A DNA stretch of 64,000 nt from Candidatus Nomurabacteria bacterium RIFCSPHIGHO2_12_FULL_42_19. Its GTDB lineage: Bacteria; Patescibacteriota; Minisyncoccia; Phycocordibacterales; UBA9973. The stretch covers positions 410-64,409 of the forward strand of contig MFUM01000001.1 in the NCBI GenBank assembly GCA_001786955.1, given 5' to 3'. The notes beneath the pieces were generated by a model, which saw nothing but the letters and a program-made list of their open reading frames with translations, searched no databases and was not told where the DNA came from. The number at the start of each line of letters is the position of its first letter. Positions within the stretch are counted from its first letter, which is position 1. The position numbers and the translations under genes are program-made. This document shows positions 1 through 9,336 of the stretch, piece by piece.

Positions 1-46
1 AAAAACAGCAATGTTTTTGTAAATGCGTTGTCCTAGCTCTTTGAAA

Positions 47-90
47 CCCCGACGCCTTTCGGGTCGGGGCCCCGACTTTTTACGTCGGGG
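47..90. repeat. REP-like twin-hairpin element, copy 1 (CCCCGAC-loop-GTCGGGG twice in tandem)
   Basis: Hairpin A is ccccgacgcctttcgggtcgggg and hairpin B is ccccgactttttacgtcgggg. The same architecture recurs at 3291-3332 and 33801-33842. Confidence 0.6.
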
Positions 91-340
91 TTATTTTAGA
101 AAACTACTTCTCAAAAAAACAAACAAGCTTGCACTTGTTCTCAAAAACTATTCATTTGTCAAAGAGGAGGTAAATTAAAACGTCATTCCACTAAAGGAAA
201 GACGCTGAAACAGTATATACCGGCTCCGAACTACTGTCAACAGGTAATAGGGGTTCAAGTTATGCACTTTTGGCGGCTATTGGCCTTAATATATTTTGGT
301 ATAATTCGCTGTGTATTATTCCTAACAAAAAACTATTTTT

Positions 341-2644
341 ATGATGAAAAGCAAGAAGTTTTTCGTGGTGCTGATCGTGCTGGTAATCGTGGGCGGCCTG
401 TCTTTTGCCTTTAAAATCTGCCCACCTTCAGGGCCATGGCCGACCCCGCCGTGGTGTTCAGGTTCGGGTTTTAGCCTGCCATTCGGCATAGGTTCACCCA
501 CACAAAAACCACCGGCTGGAATAACGGACTTTGAAATTTCCAAGCCGAAATATATCGGCGCACGCGGCATGTTTTCCTTCCCTCCTTCTTGCACTCTGAT
601 TCCGGATAAAATCGCGCAGAGCGTCTGCGAAGATTTCAAGGCCGGAGCGATAATTTTCTGGCAGGAAGAAGCCTGCGCCGCGATGCCGATATCAACCGCC
701 GTCGACACCTGCAAGAACGAGCGCGCAAAACTTCAGGAAATTGGAGATGAAAAAATTACCACTTTGCGAAAAGAAAATCCAGAGTGGTGGAAACGCCCGG
801 ATTTGAATGTATATGTTTATGGCGACACTCGCCTGCGCACCGAAGAGCTCCGGCCGGATGTGAGTGTTTGGGGCGGAGGTTCCTACGATGGCTGGCGCAA
901 TGACGAGATTTTTATGACGCACGCCGCTGGCATTTTCAAAATCGTAAGCCATAGCTTCGGCTATTTGGGAGGCAATGACCTAGATTATATGAGGGGCAGC
1001 TTGATTAAAGACGAAGGCATCGCCATTACCGGACCGGCGGACCTGCAAAAGCCGGAAGTGTTGAAAATCAAGAATGATTTTGAATATCTGAAATCCAAAT
1101 CACCGATTTATCAGAAGTTGGCGCCAGCTATTGCTAAGGATTTCGATAATCACGATATCGTTGTAGATTATACTTTCCCCGATGGTTCCAAGGCCATTTC
1201 TAATATTTTGGCCAATGCAATCATACCGGAGTTTAAAAATTATTTGATTCAATATTACAAATGGCAGGTGGATGCCAACACCGACGGGATGTTCGTGGAC
1301 GATCTCGCCGGACTTTCCCCCGCCAATTCCTGGAATGAAAACATAATGAAACAATTTGGCGCCTGGCTCGCCGCTAAGCCCGATAAGTCGGAGCTCGCTC
1401 AATACGGAGTGAAAAACTGGACCAGTTTTAATTATCGCGATTTCCTGCATGGCAAAGGCTATACTAAAACAACAATTGACAATACCGTCGGCAAGACTAT
1501 CGGCGCGTCCAATGCCTGGCGAAACATTCCGCTCATGGTGGAGTTCCGCACTTTCCTAACGGAAGAAAACCAGAAAGCCCTAATTGATATCATCACTCAG
1601 GTAAAAGCATACGCGAAAGAGAAGGGATTGAAAAAATTTGTCGTTACCGGAAACTCCGGAGAATTAGCTCCTTCCGGCGCGTTTATTGTTCCTTACTTTG
1701 ATTATTTCACCTTCGAACATGCTTACCTAAAGGGCAACAATCCGCTCATTTTTCAGAGTGTCATTCCGCTTTCTCATCTGGCTCTCGCCAAGGAAAAGCC
1801 GGTCGCCAACCAGATTTTAGTGGACAACTGGAATGTGCTCGCGCACGATACCGCAGCTCCGCTCAAATACGACCTGATGCGGCTCGGAATCATGGAAAGT
1901 TATGCCGCTGGCAGCACGACTTCTTATGTACGATATTCACTGAATGATCCACGACAAAAATCAAATAAAATGAATGATATATATTTCGCGCTAGAAGATC
2001 GCACAGATTTGAGGGAAGTACAAAAGGCATATGGATTTATACGCCACAGTTTCGATACCTTCCGTGACTTTACCAATTCCACAGCAAAAGTCGCAATAAT
2101 TTATGATAATAATGAAGTGGTGCGAGAATGGAAAGATGCGCTCACTGCTGACCACCAGTATTCGGTAGAAAATATCGGCAAGGATTTATACGCGGCCGAT
2201 GTAGCTTACGATGTAATCAATTGGCAGGAATTAGCCATGAACAACAAACAATATCAATATGTCATTTTGCCTATAATGCATAAGACCAGCCCGGATTCTA
2301 CAGCAGCGCTGCAAAAAGCAAAAGATGTGGGAGTAAAAATAATAAATGAATCGGCCGTCAGCTCGGTATTCGGAAATATTCCCGTCCTGAAACTTCCGCC
2401 CAAAATGAAAACGTTGATTAAGACTGACGCTAAGGGGAATATGGTAGCACATCTTTTCAACTATAATTACGACGCTTTTGGATTTAAAACACAAAAAAAT
2501 ATTCCAATCAATATCAGCTTTTTTGGTACAGCAAAAAAAATTACTTTCGCCTCACTCGAAAATCCAGACCCTGTTGAGCTAGATTTAAGTAAGCCCATTA
2601 TTCTAAGTCTCTTAACCTATGGAATGTTGGTTATAGAAAAATAG
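341..2644 (+). CDS. large secreted/membrane-anchored hypothetical protein (767 aa)
   Basis: Long ORF with an N-terminal hydrophobic segment (FFVVLIVLVIVGGLSF). No catalytic motif recognised. Confidence 0.5.
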   Translation: MMKSKKFFVVLIVLVIVGGLSFAFKICPPSGPWPTPPWCSGSGFSLPFGIGSPTQKPPAGITDFEISKPKYIGARGMFSFPPSCTLIPDKIAQSVCEDFKAGAIIFWQEEACAAMPISTAVDTCKNERAKLQEIGDEKITTLRKENPEWWKRPDLNVYVYGDTRLRTEELRPDVSVWGGGSYDGWRNDEIFMTHAAGIFKIVSHSFGYLGGNDLDYMRGSLIKDEGIAITGPADLQKPEVLKIKNDFEYLKSKSPIYQKLAPAIAKDFDNHDIVVDYTFPDGSKAISNILANAIIPEFKNYLIQYYKWQVDANTDGMFVDDLAGLSPANSWNENIMKQFGAWLAAKPDKSELAQYGVKNWTSFNYRDFLHGKGYTKTTIDNTVGKTIGASNAWRNIPLMVEFRTFLTEENQKALIDIITQVKAYAKEKGLKKFVVTGNSGELAPSGAFIVPYFDYFTFEHAYLKGNNPLIFQSVIPLSHLALAKEKPVANQILVDNWNVLAHDTAAPLKYDLMRLGIMESYAAGSTTSYVRYSLNDPRQKSNKMNDIYFALEDRTDLREVQKAYGFIRHSFDTFRDFTNSTAKVAIIYDNNEVVREWKDALTADHQYSVENIGKDLYAADVAYDVINWQELAMNNKQYQYVILPIMHKTSPDSTAALQKAKDVGVKIINESAVSSVFGNIPVLKLPPKMKTLIKTDAKGNMVAHLFNYNYDAFGFKTQKNIPINISFFGTAKKITFASLENPDPVELDLSKPIILSLLTYGMLVIEK

Positions 2645-2648
2645 TTAT

Positions 2649-3290
2649 ATGGCCACAAAATTAATATATTTTGTGCGGCATGGGGAAACCGAAAATAATG
2701 CGAACAACATCAGGCAGGGAGCGGAAGGCGCCTTGACGGAAAAAGGCCGGGAGCAAGCATTTGCCGCCGCCAAAAGATTCCCGAAACACAAAGGCTGCCC
2801 CCAAGCTATTGTCTCAAGCCCGTATGAGCGCACCAAAGAAACCGCGGAAATTATCAGCAAGGAATTGAAAATGCCGGTAGAATATTCCGACCTACTGGTG
2901 GAGAGGAAAAATCCTACCGGAATAATCGGCCGTTGGGGAGGAGAAAGGGATGTCCGGCAGATTATAGACCGTATTGATAAAAGCTATCATGCCGATAATT
3001 TGCGGGTTGCGGATGAAGAAAATTTTATTGACCTGAAAAAAAGGGCAAAAAAATTACTGGCTTACATTACACGGAGACCGGAAGAAAGAATTATCATGGT
3101 CACTCACGGCATTTTTTTAAAAATGGTGGTGTCTTATATGCTTTATGGAGACAGCCTCACGGCTTCGCAATATAATAACCTGAGTTATTTTAATCCGATA
3201 AATAATGCCGGCATGGCTATAGCTTCATATAAGAGTCACTGGTTCAAGAAAGACGAGTGGAAACTCATCGTCTGGAACGATTTAAACTAG
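2649..3290 (+). CDS. histidine phosphatase family protein (phosphoglycerate mutase-like)
   Basis: N-terminal FVRHGETENN (RHG catalytic motif) and a later VTHG motif. Confidence 0.75.
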   Translation: MATKLIYFVRHGETENNANNIRQGAEGALTEKGREQAFAAAKRFPKHKGCPQAIVSSPYERTKETAEIISKELKMPVEYSDLLVERKNPTGIIGRWGGERDVRQIIDRIDKSYHADNLRVADEENFIDLKKRAKKLLAYITRRPEERIIMVTHGIFLKMVVSYMLYGDSLTASQYNNLSYFNPINNAGMAIASYKSHWFKKDEWKLIVWNDLN

Positions 3291-3332
3291 CCCCGACGCC
3301 CTTTGGGGTCGGAGCTCCGACTTTACGTCGGA
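3291..3332. repeat. REP-like twin-hairpin element, copy 2, between convergent genes
   Basis: ccccgacgccctttggggtcggag plus ctccgactttacgtcggag. Hairpin B stem changed C:G to U:A on both sides relative to copy 1, which is compensatory. Confidence 0.6.
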
Positions 3333-3340
3333 GAGAATAA

Positions 3341-3598
3341 TTACGAAAGATGCTTGGAGACGAGTTTGGTCATTTCAAACATATTGACCACCCCCTTGCC
3401 GCCAAACACTGCCTTTAATTTTGCATCAGCGACAATGTTGCGCTTGTTCTTTGGGTCCTGAAGATTGTTCTTTTTAATGTATACCCACAAAGCTTTGACC
3501 ACCTCGGAGCGAGGCATAGGACCAGCGCCCACAACTTCTGCTAATTCAGGACTTATCTTCATCGGCTTCATAAATGCGGAAACTTTTTTATCTGCCAT
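3341..3598 (-). CDS. SWIB/MDM2 domain protein
   Basis: 85-aa protein. KPMKISPELAEVVG...RSEVVKALWVYIKKNNLQDPKNKRNIVADAKLKAVFG...MFEMTKLVSKHL matches the SWIB domain pattern. Confidence 0.7.
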   Translation of the reverse strand: MADKKVSAFMKPMKISPELAEVVGAGPMPRSEVVKALWVYIKKNNLQDPKNKRNIVADAKLKAVFGGKGVVNMFEMTKLVSKHLS

Positions 3599-3644
3599 AA
3601 ATCTATATTGTTAAACTATTAATATGTCCCCAGTATACCATATT

Positions 3645-4292
3645 CTACCGAATACCGGTATCGCAAGATATCTGTACAGCTGTATATTGCCCACTTTTTA
3701 CTGAAGCGGAAACTTCCCCACATCTTGGTAAAACTTTGCCGCCTTGTGCCTGCAGTGTATATACGTCTGGAAGAAGGTCGACACTAAATGCGCCTTTTTC
3801 GTCGCTCTGAACTGTCTTCATAATCTGCTTGTCAATATCTCTTATGATGCTAATTGAAGTTGAATAAAATTTCGGAACGCAATTGGGGTCAGGCGGCACG
3901 CGTTCTACCGAACAAGTAGGACTTAAGGTCACCACGCCGGTAATGCCGCTTTTGTTTGGCGTAGAATCAATAGTTAAAACTGTCACTTCTCCTTTTTCAC
4001 CCGTAGTATATGAAAAATTTCTTGTTTCTTGTATATGCCCGTCCTCGTATTCCACCATGCCGGAATTTGTTTCTAAATCAATCGTACTAGAAACGACATA
4101 CCAAGTCCCACCTAAAACAGCTTGGACTGGAGAAAGCTTTGATATATTTTCACGCAAATAATTTTCCACATTTGCTCTTTCGGCTGAATTTTGGTCCATT
4201 GCCGCCGGAGCAAGTGCTTCTTTCCTGTTAAAAAAATAGAAAACCCCCAAAATAATGCCTATCGCAACAATCGCCAGCAGTATTTTTTTCAT
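3645..4292 (-). CDS. secreted hypothetical protein
   Basis: N-terminal signal/TM (KKILLAIVAIGIILGVFYFF). No recognisable motif. Confidence 0.45.
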   Translation of the reverse strand: MKKILLAIVAIGIILGVFYFFNRKEALAPAAMDQNSAERANVENYLRENISKLSPVQAVLGGTWYVVSSTIDLETNSGMVEYEDGHIQETRNFSYTTGEKGEVTVLTIDSTPNKSGITGVVTLSPTCSVERVPPDPNCVPKFYSTSISIIRDIDKQIMKTVQSDEKGAFSVDLLPDVYTLQAQGGKVLPRCGEVSASVKSGQYTAVQISCDTGIR

Positions 4293-4298
4293 ATATAT

Positions 4299-4571
4299 TT
4301 ATTTTATCATAAAATCGTCGAATTGGCTTGTGGACGTTTTCCACTCCGCATCCATCTTTTCCACCTTGGCATGATAAGGGCCATCTGCGCACCATTCAAT
4401 TAATTTTTTTAAATCTTTTTCTTCACCCTCCGCCACAATTTGCACCATTCCGTCCGGCTCGTTCCTGGCCCAGCCGGACAAATTCAATTCTTTCGCTTTT
4501 TTCCGGCTGGAATCGCGAAAAAACACCCCTTGCACCTTCCCGTAAATTTTTAAAACTATCTGCTTTTGCAT
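4299..4571 (-). CDS. acyP: acylphosphatase
   Basis: IYGKVQGVFFR and GWARNEPDGMVQIVAEG signature motifs in a 90-aa protein. Confidence 0.8.
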   Translation of the reverse strand: MQKQIVLKIYGKVQGVFFRDSSRKKAKELNLSGWARNEPDGMVQIVAEGEEKDLKKLIEWCADGPYHAKVEKMDAEWKTSTSQFDDFMIK

Positions 4572-4590
4572 GAAACCGAGATATTTTTAT

Positions 4591-4986
4591 TTATCTGTTC
4601 AAATAAACAATGGTAAATTGCAAAATCGTCGCAAAAATGACCCAGAGCAGATACGGTACCTGGATATACGCTATCCATTTAGCATATGAATATATCACCA
4701 CCATCGCCCAGACTAGGGTGGAGAGGACGAGGATGATGTCGAGCCCCGCCAGTAGATTGTTCTTCAATCCGAACTGTATGTAGGTGAAAATGAAATTAAA
4801 GATTAGGTTCAGGATGAAAGGAATCGCAACCGTAAAAGGAATCTTCTTCTGTAGCGCCATCATGAAAACCCGCCCAAAAGAAATTGCTATTAAAATATAA
4901 AGGAAACTCCACACGGGCCCGAAGAGCCACGGCGGCGGCGCCCAAGTAGGTTTGATTAGAATCGAATACCAATTATATGCTTGCAT
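4591..4986 (-). CDS. tspO: TspO/MBR family tryptophan-rich sensory protein
   Basis: KPTWAPPPWLFGPVWSFLYILIAISFG motif and multi-TM topology. Confidence 0.7.
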   Translation of the reverse strand: MQAYNWYSILIKPTWAPPPWLFGPVWSFLYILIAISFGRVFMMALQKKIPFTVAIPFILNLIFNFIFTYIQFGLKNNLLAGLDIILVLSTLVWAMVVIYSYAKWIAYIQVPYLLWVIFATILQFTIVYLNR

Positions 4987-4992
4987 CTTTTT

Positions 4993-5145
4993 TTATTTTT
5001 TCTTCGTATCAGCCCAAAAAAATATTATTCCTAAGGCTAAGAAGAGCACTACCTCTACCCAATTATGTTTCTGAAAAGCATTAAACAAGGCCGTTCCAAA
5101 AAATATTATAAATATAGCTAAATTCGCAAATTTTATATTTTTCAT
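4993..5145 (-). CDS. small 2-TM membrane protein (50 aa), not in ORF track
   Basis: ATG..TAA ORF MKNIKFANLAIFIIFFGTALFNAFQKHNWVEVVLFLALGIIFFWADTKKK. It lies just downstream of an ArsR-operator-like palindrome at 5168-5187. Confidence 0.35.
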   Translation of the reverse strand: MKNIKFANLAIFIIFFGTALFNAFQKHNWVEVVLFLALGIIFFWADTKKK

Positions 5146-5167
5146 ATTATTACATAACCATTCTACC

Positions 5168-5187
5168 ATTCGCGCGAATTAGAGATT
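5168..5187. promoter_or_regulatory. palindromic operator-like site ATTCGCGCGAAT-TAGAGATT (copy 1)
   Basis: Perfect 12-bp palindrome. The identical 20-mer is repeated at 5506-5525 upstream of the ArsR gene. Confidence 0.5.
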
Positions 5188-5196
5188 GAATAAAAG

Positions 5197-5496
5197 TTAT
5201 ACCAAAGAGAGAATTTTGGAAACAACGGGATGGTTGTCTTTGAGCAAGGAATAAAGCATTGTCAGACTAACCTGCTCCTTCTCTAGTATATCAGCATTGG
5301 CAAGAATCATTAAGTGTTTTGACGTCGCCTTGAAGGAGAGTTTTATTGCGCCGGCAATTTCCCCTACCGAAGCGGGACCGGACTTTTTCAGAAATTTAAG
5401 AATTGCAATCCGGCGCTTGTTGGCTAAAGCCTTTAAAATTTTTTCAAGTTCTTTTTCCGTCATAGATATATTATAGCAAAAGTTTCGCAATGCCAC
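5197..5496 (-). CDS. ArsR/SmtB family HTH transcriptional regulator
   Basis: 99-aa winged-helix protein (ILKALANKRRIAILKFLKKSGPASVGEIAGAIKLSFKATSKHL). Confidence 0.75.
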   Translation of the reverse strand: MALRNFCYNISMTEKELEKILKALANKRRIAILKFLKKSGPASVGEIAGAIKLSFKATSKHLMILANADILEKEQVSLTMLYSLLKDNHPVVSKILSLV

Positions 5497-5505
5497 TATT
5501 CTCCT

Positions 5506-5525
5506 ATTCGCGCGAATTAGAGATT
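5506..5525. promoter_or_regulatory. palindromic operator-like site ATTCGCGCGAAT-TAGAGATT (copy 2), immediately upstream of the ArsR start
   Basis: Identical to 5168-5187, consistent with autoregulation. Confidence 0.5.
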
Positions 5526-5551
5526 AGAGGATTTGGGGAATATTTTGGCAT

Positions 5552-5588
5552 ATACGTATTCGAATACGTATATGAATACGTATATGAT
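5552..5588. promoter_or_regulatory. 20-bp perfect palindrome ATACGTATTCGAATACGTAT plus an extra half-site
   Basis: Read directly from the sequence. A related motif occurs at 11642-11665 upstream of the AbrB-like gene. Confidence 0.45.
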
Positions 5589-5837
5589 TATTCTTCTTTG
5601 TTTTTATCTTTCGGAAATTGATTCAAAAAATTCTGCAAACTCATGGCTTTTTCCAGTGCCTCCGGGATTACATCCCCTATTCTCATAAGCCTGCATACCT
5701 CGCAATCATCATCGTCGTAGTCTTCTTGTTTTTTGGGTTTTTGTTCATTTCATTACTCACTTTTTATAACTCCTGCCAGATTTCACATTACCTTGTTTTT
5801 GAATTTAAATTTTACTTTGGTTGGGCCTTGGCCGGTA

Positions 5838-5880
5838 TTTAAGCAAGAACGGTTCTTGTTTAAGCAAGAACGGTTCTTGC
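5838..5880. repeat. tandem duplication of a 21-mer containing the palindrome CAAGAACGGTTCTTG
   Basis: tttaagcaagaacggttcttg occurs twice, each with a 15-bp perfect inverted repeat. Confidence 0.6.
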
Positions 5881-6046
5881 TTATTACTGATGGAGATGAA
5901 GACATTATGGGGATGCCGTCGTAGAGGTTCTCTGCGTAACGAATTTGCTTTTGAATTTAAATGTTGCTTTAGCATTTTTCATTTTTGGGGTTAGCGGATA
6001 TGCGTATATGTATACATATGAGAACTAAGGGGTGATGCATTTATCA

Positions 6047-6739
6047 TTACTTAAATGGATGTTTTTTCAGGTAGTCATTTATCTTCTTCATTACTCTGTC
6101 ATTAATATCTCTTGACTTTAATACAACTCGATCAGCACGGTTTGCTCTAGTTTTAATGTTTTCTCTCCACAATTTTAATTTACCTTTAGTGTCTGTAGCT
6201 TCTATATTTGGAACCAATAAACTATTATATCCGGCTTCATTATTGTAATAACGACGATGGGTCATTAAAATTCTTTGATTCAAAATATCTTTGAAATCTT
6301 GGTCTTTGTCGAACTTCTTTATTTCAGTATCAAGATGAGCATCCCTGACTGTTCCATGACTTATTATTGTTCCTAACACCCCCATAGCTTTTTCATCAAA
6401 GCCAATTCTTAGTGCCTGATTAATAAACTGAACTAGTTTATCGCGGTAACCAGTAACCCGAAAAGTAAAATTCTCAAGATGATATAATGCATCAGCGAAA
6501 CAAATAGGTTCTCTTGCAGACAAAAGGTGCACTTGACCTTTTTTTATAAAACTAATCTGCTGGTGACACAAAGCTATTGACTCTTGAATTCTTTTATTAA
6601 TAATCCCAAGATCTCCTGTCAAATGAAGTATTTCATGGTGGTAAGCACGTGCTAGTTTTGTAAATTTATTTCCCTGAAAATCAAAAAAGTCCTGTGGTTT
6701 TTTGGTTTTTCTCTTCTTTTTTATATTTTTATTATTCAT
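6047..6739 (-). CDS. hypothetical protein, possible HEPN-like (Rx4H) domain
   Basis: 230 aa with a basic N-terminus. QRILMTHRR fits the Rx4H HEPN motif. It lies next to the methyltransferase locus. Assignment is weak. Confidence 0.35.
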   Translation of the reverse strand: MNNKNIKKKRKTKKPQDFFDFQGNKFTKLARAYHHEILHLTGDLGIINKRIQESIALCHQQISFIKKGQVHLLSAREPICFADALYHLENFTFRVTGYRDKLVQFINQALRIGFDEKAMGVLGTIISHGTVRDAHLDTEIKKFDKDQDFKDILNQRILMTHRRYYNNEAGYNSLLVPNIEATDTKGKLKLWRENIKTRANRADRVVLKSRDINDRVMKKINDYLKKHPFK

Positions 6740-6872
6740 AACTTTATATAGTCTACTCTTTTAAAGAGTAAACTCAACCCACCACCAAAAGCTTACTCGT
6801 GATGCCTTCAACATATATAAGCACATCTTTGACTACATGATCTTTGAAAAAAATCAAAATGATACACATAAT

Positions 6873-7667
6873 TTATTGTGTATTTTTATACCATTTTACC
6901 CAACTATTTTTAGCATTTGCACCAAAATTATCATTGATACACACAGAATCCATTACATTATTTTTACAAAGTACAGCCTGACAATCATTCCAATCTTTAC
7001 ATTTATATTCAAATTCTAAAGAATCTATGGTACCAGAGAACACTCCACTCTTATCAAAAGGAGCTATTAATATCGGAGTTACACTTGGTGATGGGGTTGG
7101 CGGGTGTATCGCATCCCACAATCTAACAAGTTTAGTTGCTTCTCTTGTTGCTAAAAATTCTTTTTGAGTAGTAGACATTGTTTGTTTTCCAAATAAATCA
7201 ATAGTTATATTGATAGGGTTGTTTTTATCGAATATTCCCTTACTTTCGTCAGTTAAAGCTATGTTTAGACCTGAAGACTGACGTACTGCATTATATACAC
7301 CACTTACGGAACCAACATTTAAAGAAATAAAGTGTTTCTTGTTGTCGGTGAAAGAGCCTTTAATATTGAGTTTGGCAATTTGAAAATCACCAATTAAAGC
7401 CATACGGCGAGCCATTTTATCATAATTGTTTTTAGAGTAAGGGTCACCCATCATAGTATATTTATCTGAAGGTTTAATTAGCTCAATTTTTATTGTTTCT
7501 ATTGGTGTAATTAAGGGTGCTTGGTTTTGTGGTTGAGTTACTTCAGGAACTTCAGCTGTATTATTTTTTTCTGAGAGTTCAAAAACATATGAAATAGACC
7601 AAAAACCAAGGACTAAAGTAATTCCTAAAATTCCTAAATATTTAATTATTGGTGTTATTTTGTCCAT
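6873..7667 (-). CDS. secreted hypothetical protein with Cys-rich C-terminus
   Basis: N-terminal TM segment and a C-terminal CKDWNDCQAVLCKNN...CIND region. Confidence 0.45.
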   Translation of the reverse strand: MDKITPIIKYLGILGITLVLGFWSISYVFELSEKNNTAEVPEVTQPQNQAPLITPIETIKIELIKPSDKYTMMGDPYSKNNYDKMARRMALIGDFQIAKLNIKGSFTDNKKHFISLNVGSVSGVYNAVRQSSGLNIALTDESKGIFDKNNPINITIDLFGKQTMSTTQKEFLATREATKLVRLWDAIHPPTPSPSVTPILIAPFDKSGVFSGTIDSLEFEYKCKDWNDCQAVLCKNNVMDSVCINDNFGANAKNSWVKWYKNTQ

Positions 7668-8100
7668 TTTTTTTAATCAATCCAATTGTCAAAAATTTAT
7701 GTATAATAATTACTATTGGCACTGAAGCGATAGATACCAAAAGTTTATATCTGGCGGGAAATAAAATTTCTTTACCTATTAATTTTCTAGCTATTTTTTT
7801 CCCTATAAAATAAAATACAGATATTATTATTATCACGATACCAATTATCGCCGTCTTCTGTTCATCTCCTAGTTTATTAACAGAAGAAATCACATCCAAA
7901 ACATTAGGAAAGATTATGGCAGTGATTATTAAGCCGGAAACAGCAAAAAGTGCTTTAGAGCAGAAATCGAGGATTTCGGTATCCTCTGAGCTTTTCATCA
8001 TCCAATGATGAATTTTATATGTGTATTCAGAAAAAAACACAAAAACTCGGTTTAAAATTTTAAGCCCTTTTTTATAGACCTTAGAATAAAAAACTGCCAT
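7642..8100 (-). CDS. hypothetical membrane protein
   Basis: Two to three predicted TM helices. No motif recognised. Confidence 0.4.
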   Translation of the reverse strand: MAVFYSKVYKKGLKILNRVFVFFSEYTYKIHHWMMKSSEDTEILDFCSKALFAVSGLIITAIIFPNVLDVISSVNKLGDEQKTAIIGIVIIIISVFYFIGKKIARKLIGKEILFPARYKLLVSIASVPIVIIIHKFLTIGLIKKNGQNNTNN

Positions 8101-8244
8101 TCTTTATATAATACATATTTAATTTCAAAAAACAATACAACATCACATATCCTCGTATACCACCATAAACTTGCTCAAATATCGATGTGTGGATAATTCC
8201 GCTTGTTTAGGTTATCTTTAGGTATTATAATTAACAGTATAAAT

Positions 8245-9336
8245 ATGCCCAAAATACTCACCTCACAACTTACAAAAAAACAGGCTCAACTTTTTGATTT
8301 CGTAGAAAAATTCCAGCAAAGAAAAAACTACTCCCCTGCCTTGCACGATATGGCAAATCATTTTGGTGTTTCAATACCTACGATTTCTCAACATGTAGAC
8401 TATTTAGAAAAAAAAGGTTATGTCGTGAGACAAAAAGGAGTAAAGTATTCTATCCAAATAATAAAAAATTTGCGTGATATAAAAGATGTCCAGCCAAATC
8501 CAACAGGAGAGATTTTTAATATAAGCAACAAAGAAAAATTACAGAAAAAAATTGAAACGGGATTAGGGAGTATTTTTTTTACTAAACAATATAAAATAAA
8601 TCAAATCTACAATATTAATTGTTTGGAGTTGATGAAAAATATAAGGGATAACTCTATAGAACTTATTTTCGCAGATCCACCATATAATTTGAGTGGAAGT
8701 AATTTTAAAATGAAATTTAAAAAATCAGGGGGTGCTGATTTAAATACTAATAAAGGTCAGTGGGATCATTACGGCGACATAGAATTTGAAGAATTTACAA
8801 GAAAATGGTTGACGGAGTGTTTCAGAATACTTAAACCAAATGGTTCTATCTGGGTTGCTGGATCTTATCACAATATTTATTTAACGGGTTACTTAATGAA
8901 AAAATTAGGTTTTGAAATTTTAAATGAGATCCTTTGGCATAAATCTGACGCAACACCAAATCTATCTTGTACAAGATTTGTAGCTGATCATGAGAACTTT
9001 ATTTGGGCCAGAAAAGGGAAAGGAAATATATTCAACTATGATATAATGAAAAAACTCAACGACGGAAAACAAATGCGTTCAATATGGACAAGAGGAAAAA
9101 CAGCAGGAGGAAAAAGAATCCACCCTACACAGAAACCGGAGTGGCTTTTAGAAAGAATAGTTATGGCAACCTCAAAAACTAAAAATATAGTTTTTGATCC
9201 TTTTATGGGATCTGGTACTACAGCCGTAGTCGCTAAAAAATACGGAAGGAAATACTTAGGTTCCGAATTAGATAGGGATTATTTTAAAAAAGCAATTGAA
9301 AGAATTAACCAAACTACATGCCAAAACATTATTTAA
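8245..9336 (+). CDS. HTH-fused DNA methyltransferase (beta-class, DPPY; probably N6-adenine)
   Basis: N-terminal winged-helix (HFGVSIPTISQHVDYLEKKGYV), then motif IV IFADPPYNL, then motif I FDPFMGSGTTAVVA. Probable start is MPKILTSQ at 8245, although the ORF opens at 8203. Confidence 0.8.
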   Translation: MPKILTSQLTKKQAQLFDFVEKFQQRKNYSPALHDMANHFGVSIPTISQHVDYLEKKGYVVRQKGVKYSIQIIKNLRDIKDVQPNPTGEIFNISNKEKLQKKIETGLGSIFFTKQYKINQIYNINCLELMKNIRDNSIELIFADPPYNLSGSNFKMKFKKSGGADLNTNKGQWDHYGDIEFEEFTRKWLTECFRILKPNGSIWVAGSYHNIYLTGYLMKKLGFEILNEILWHKSDATPNLSCTRFVADHENFIWARKGKGNIFNYDIMKKLNDGKQMRSIWTRGKTAGGKRIHPTQKPEWLLERIVMATSKTKNIVFDPFMGSGTTAVVAKKYGRKYLGSELDRDYFKKAIERINQTTCQNII

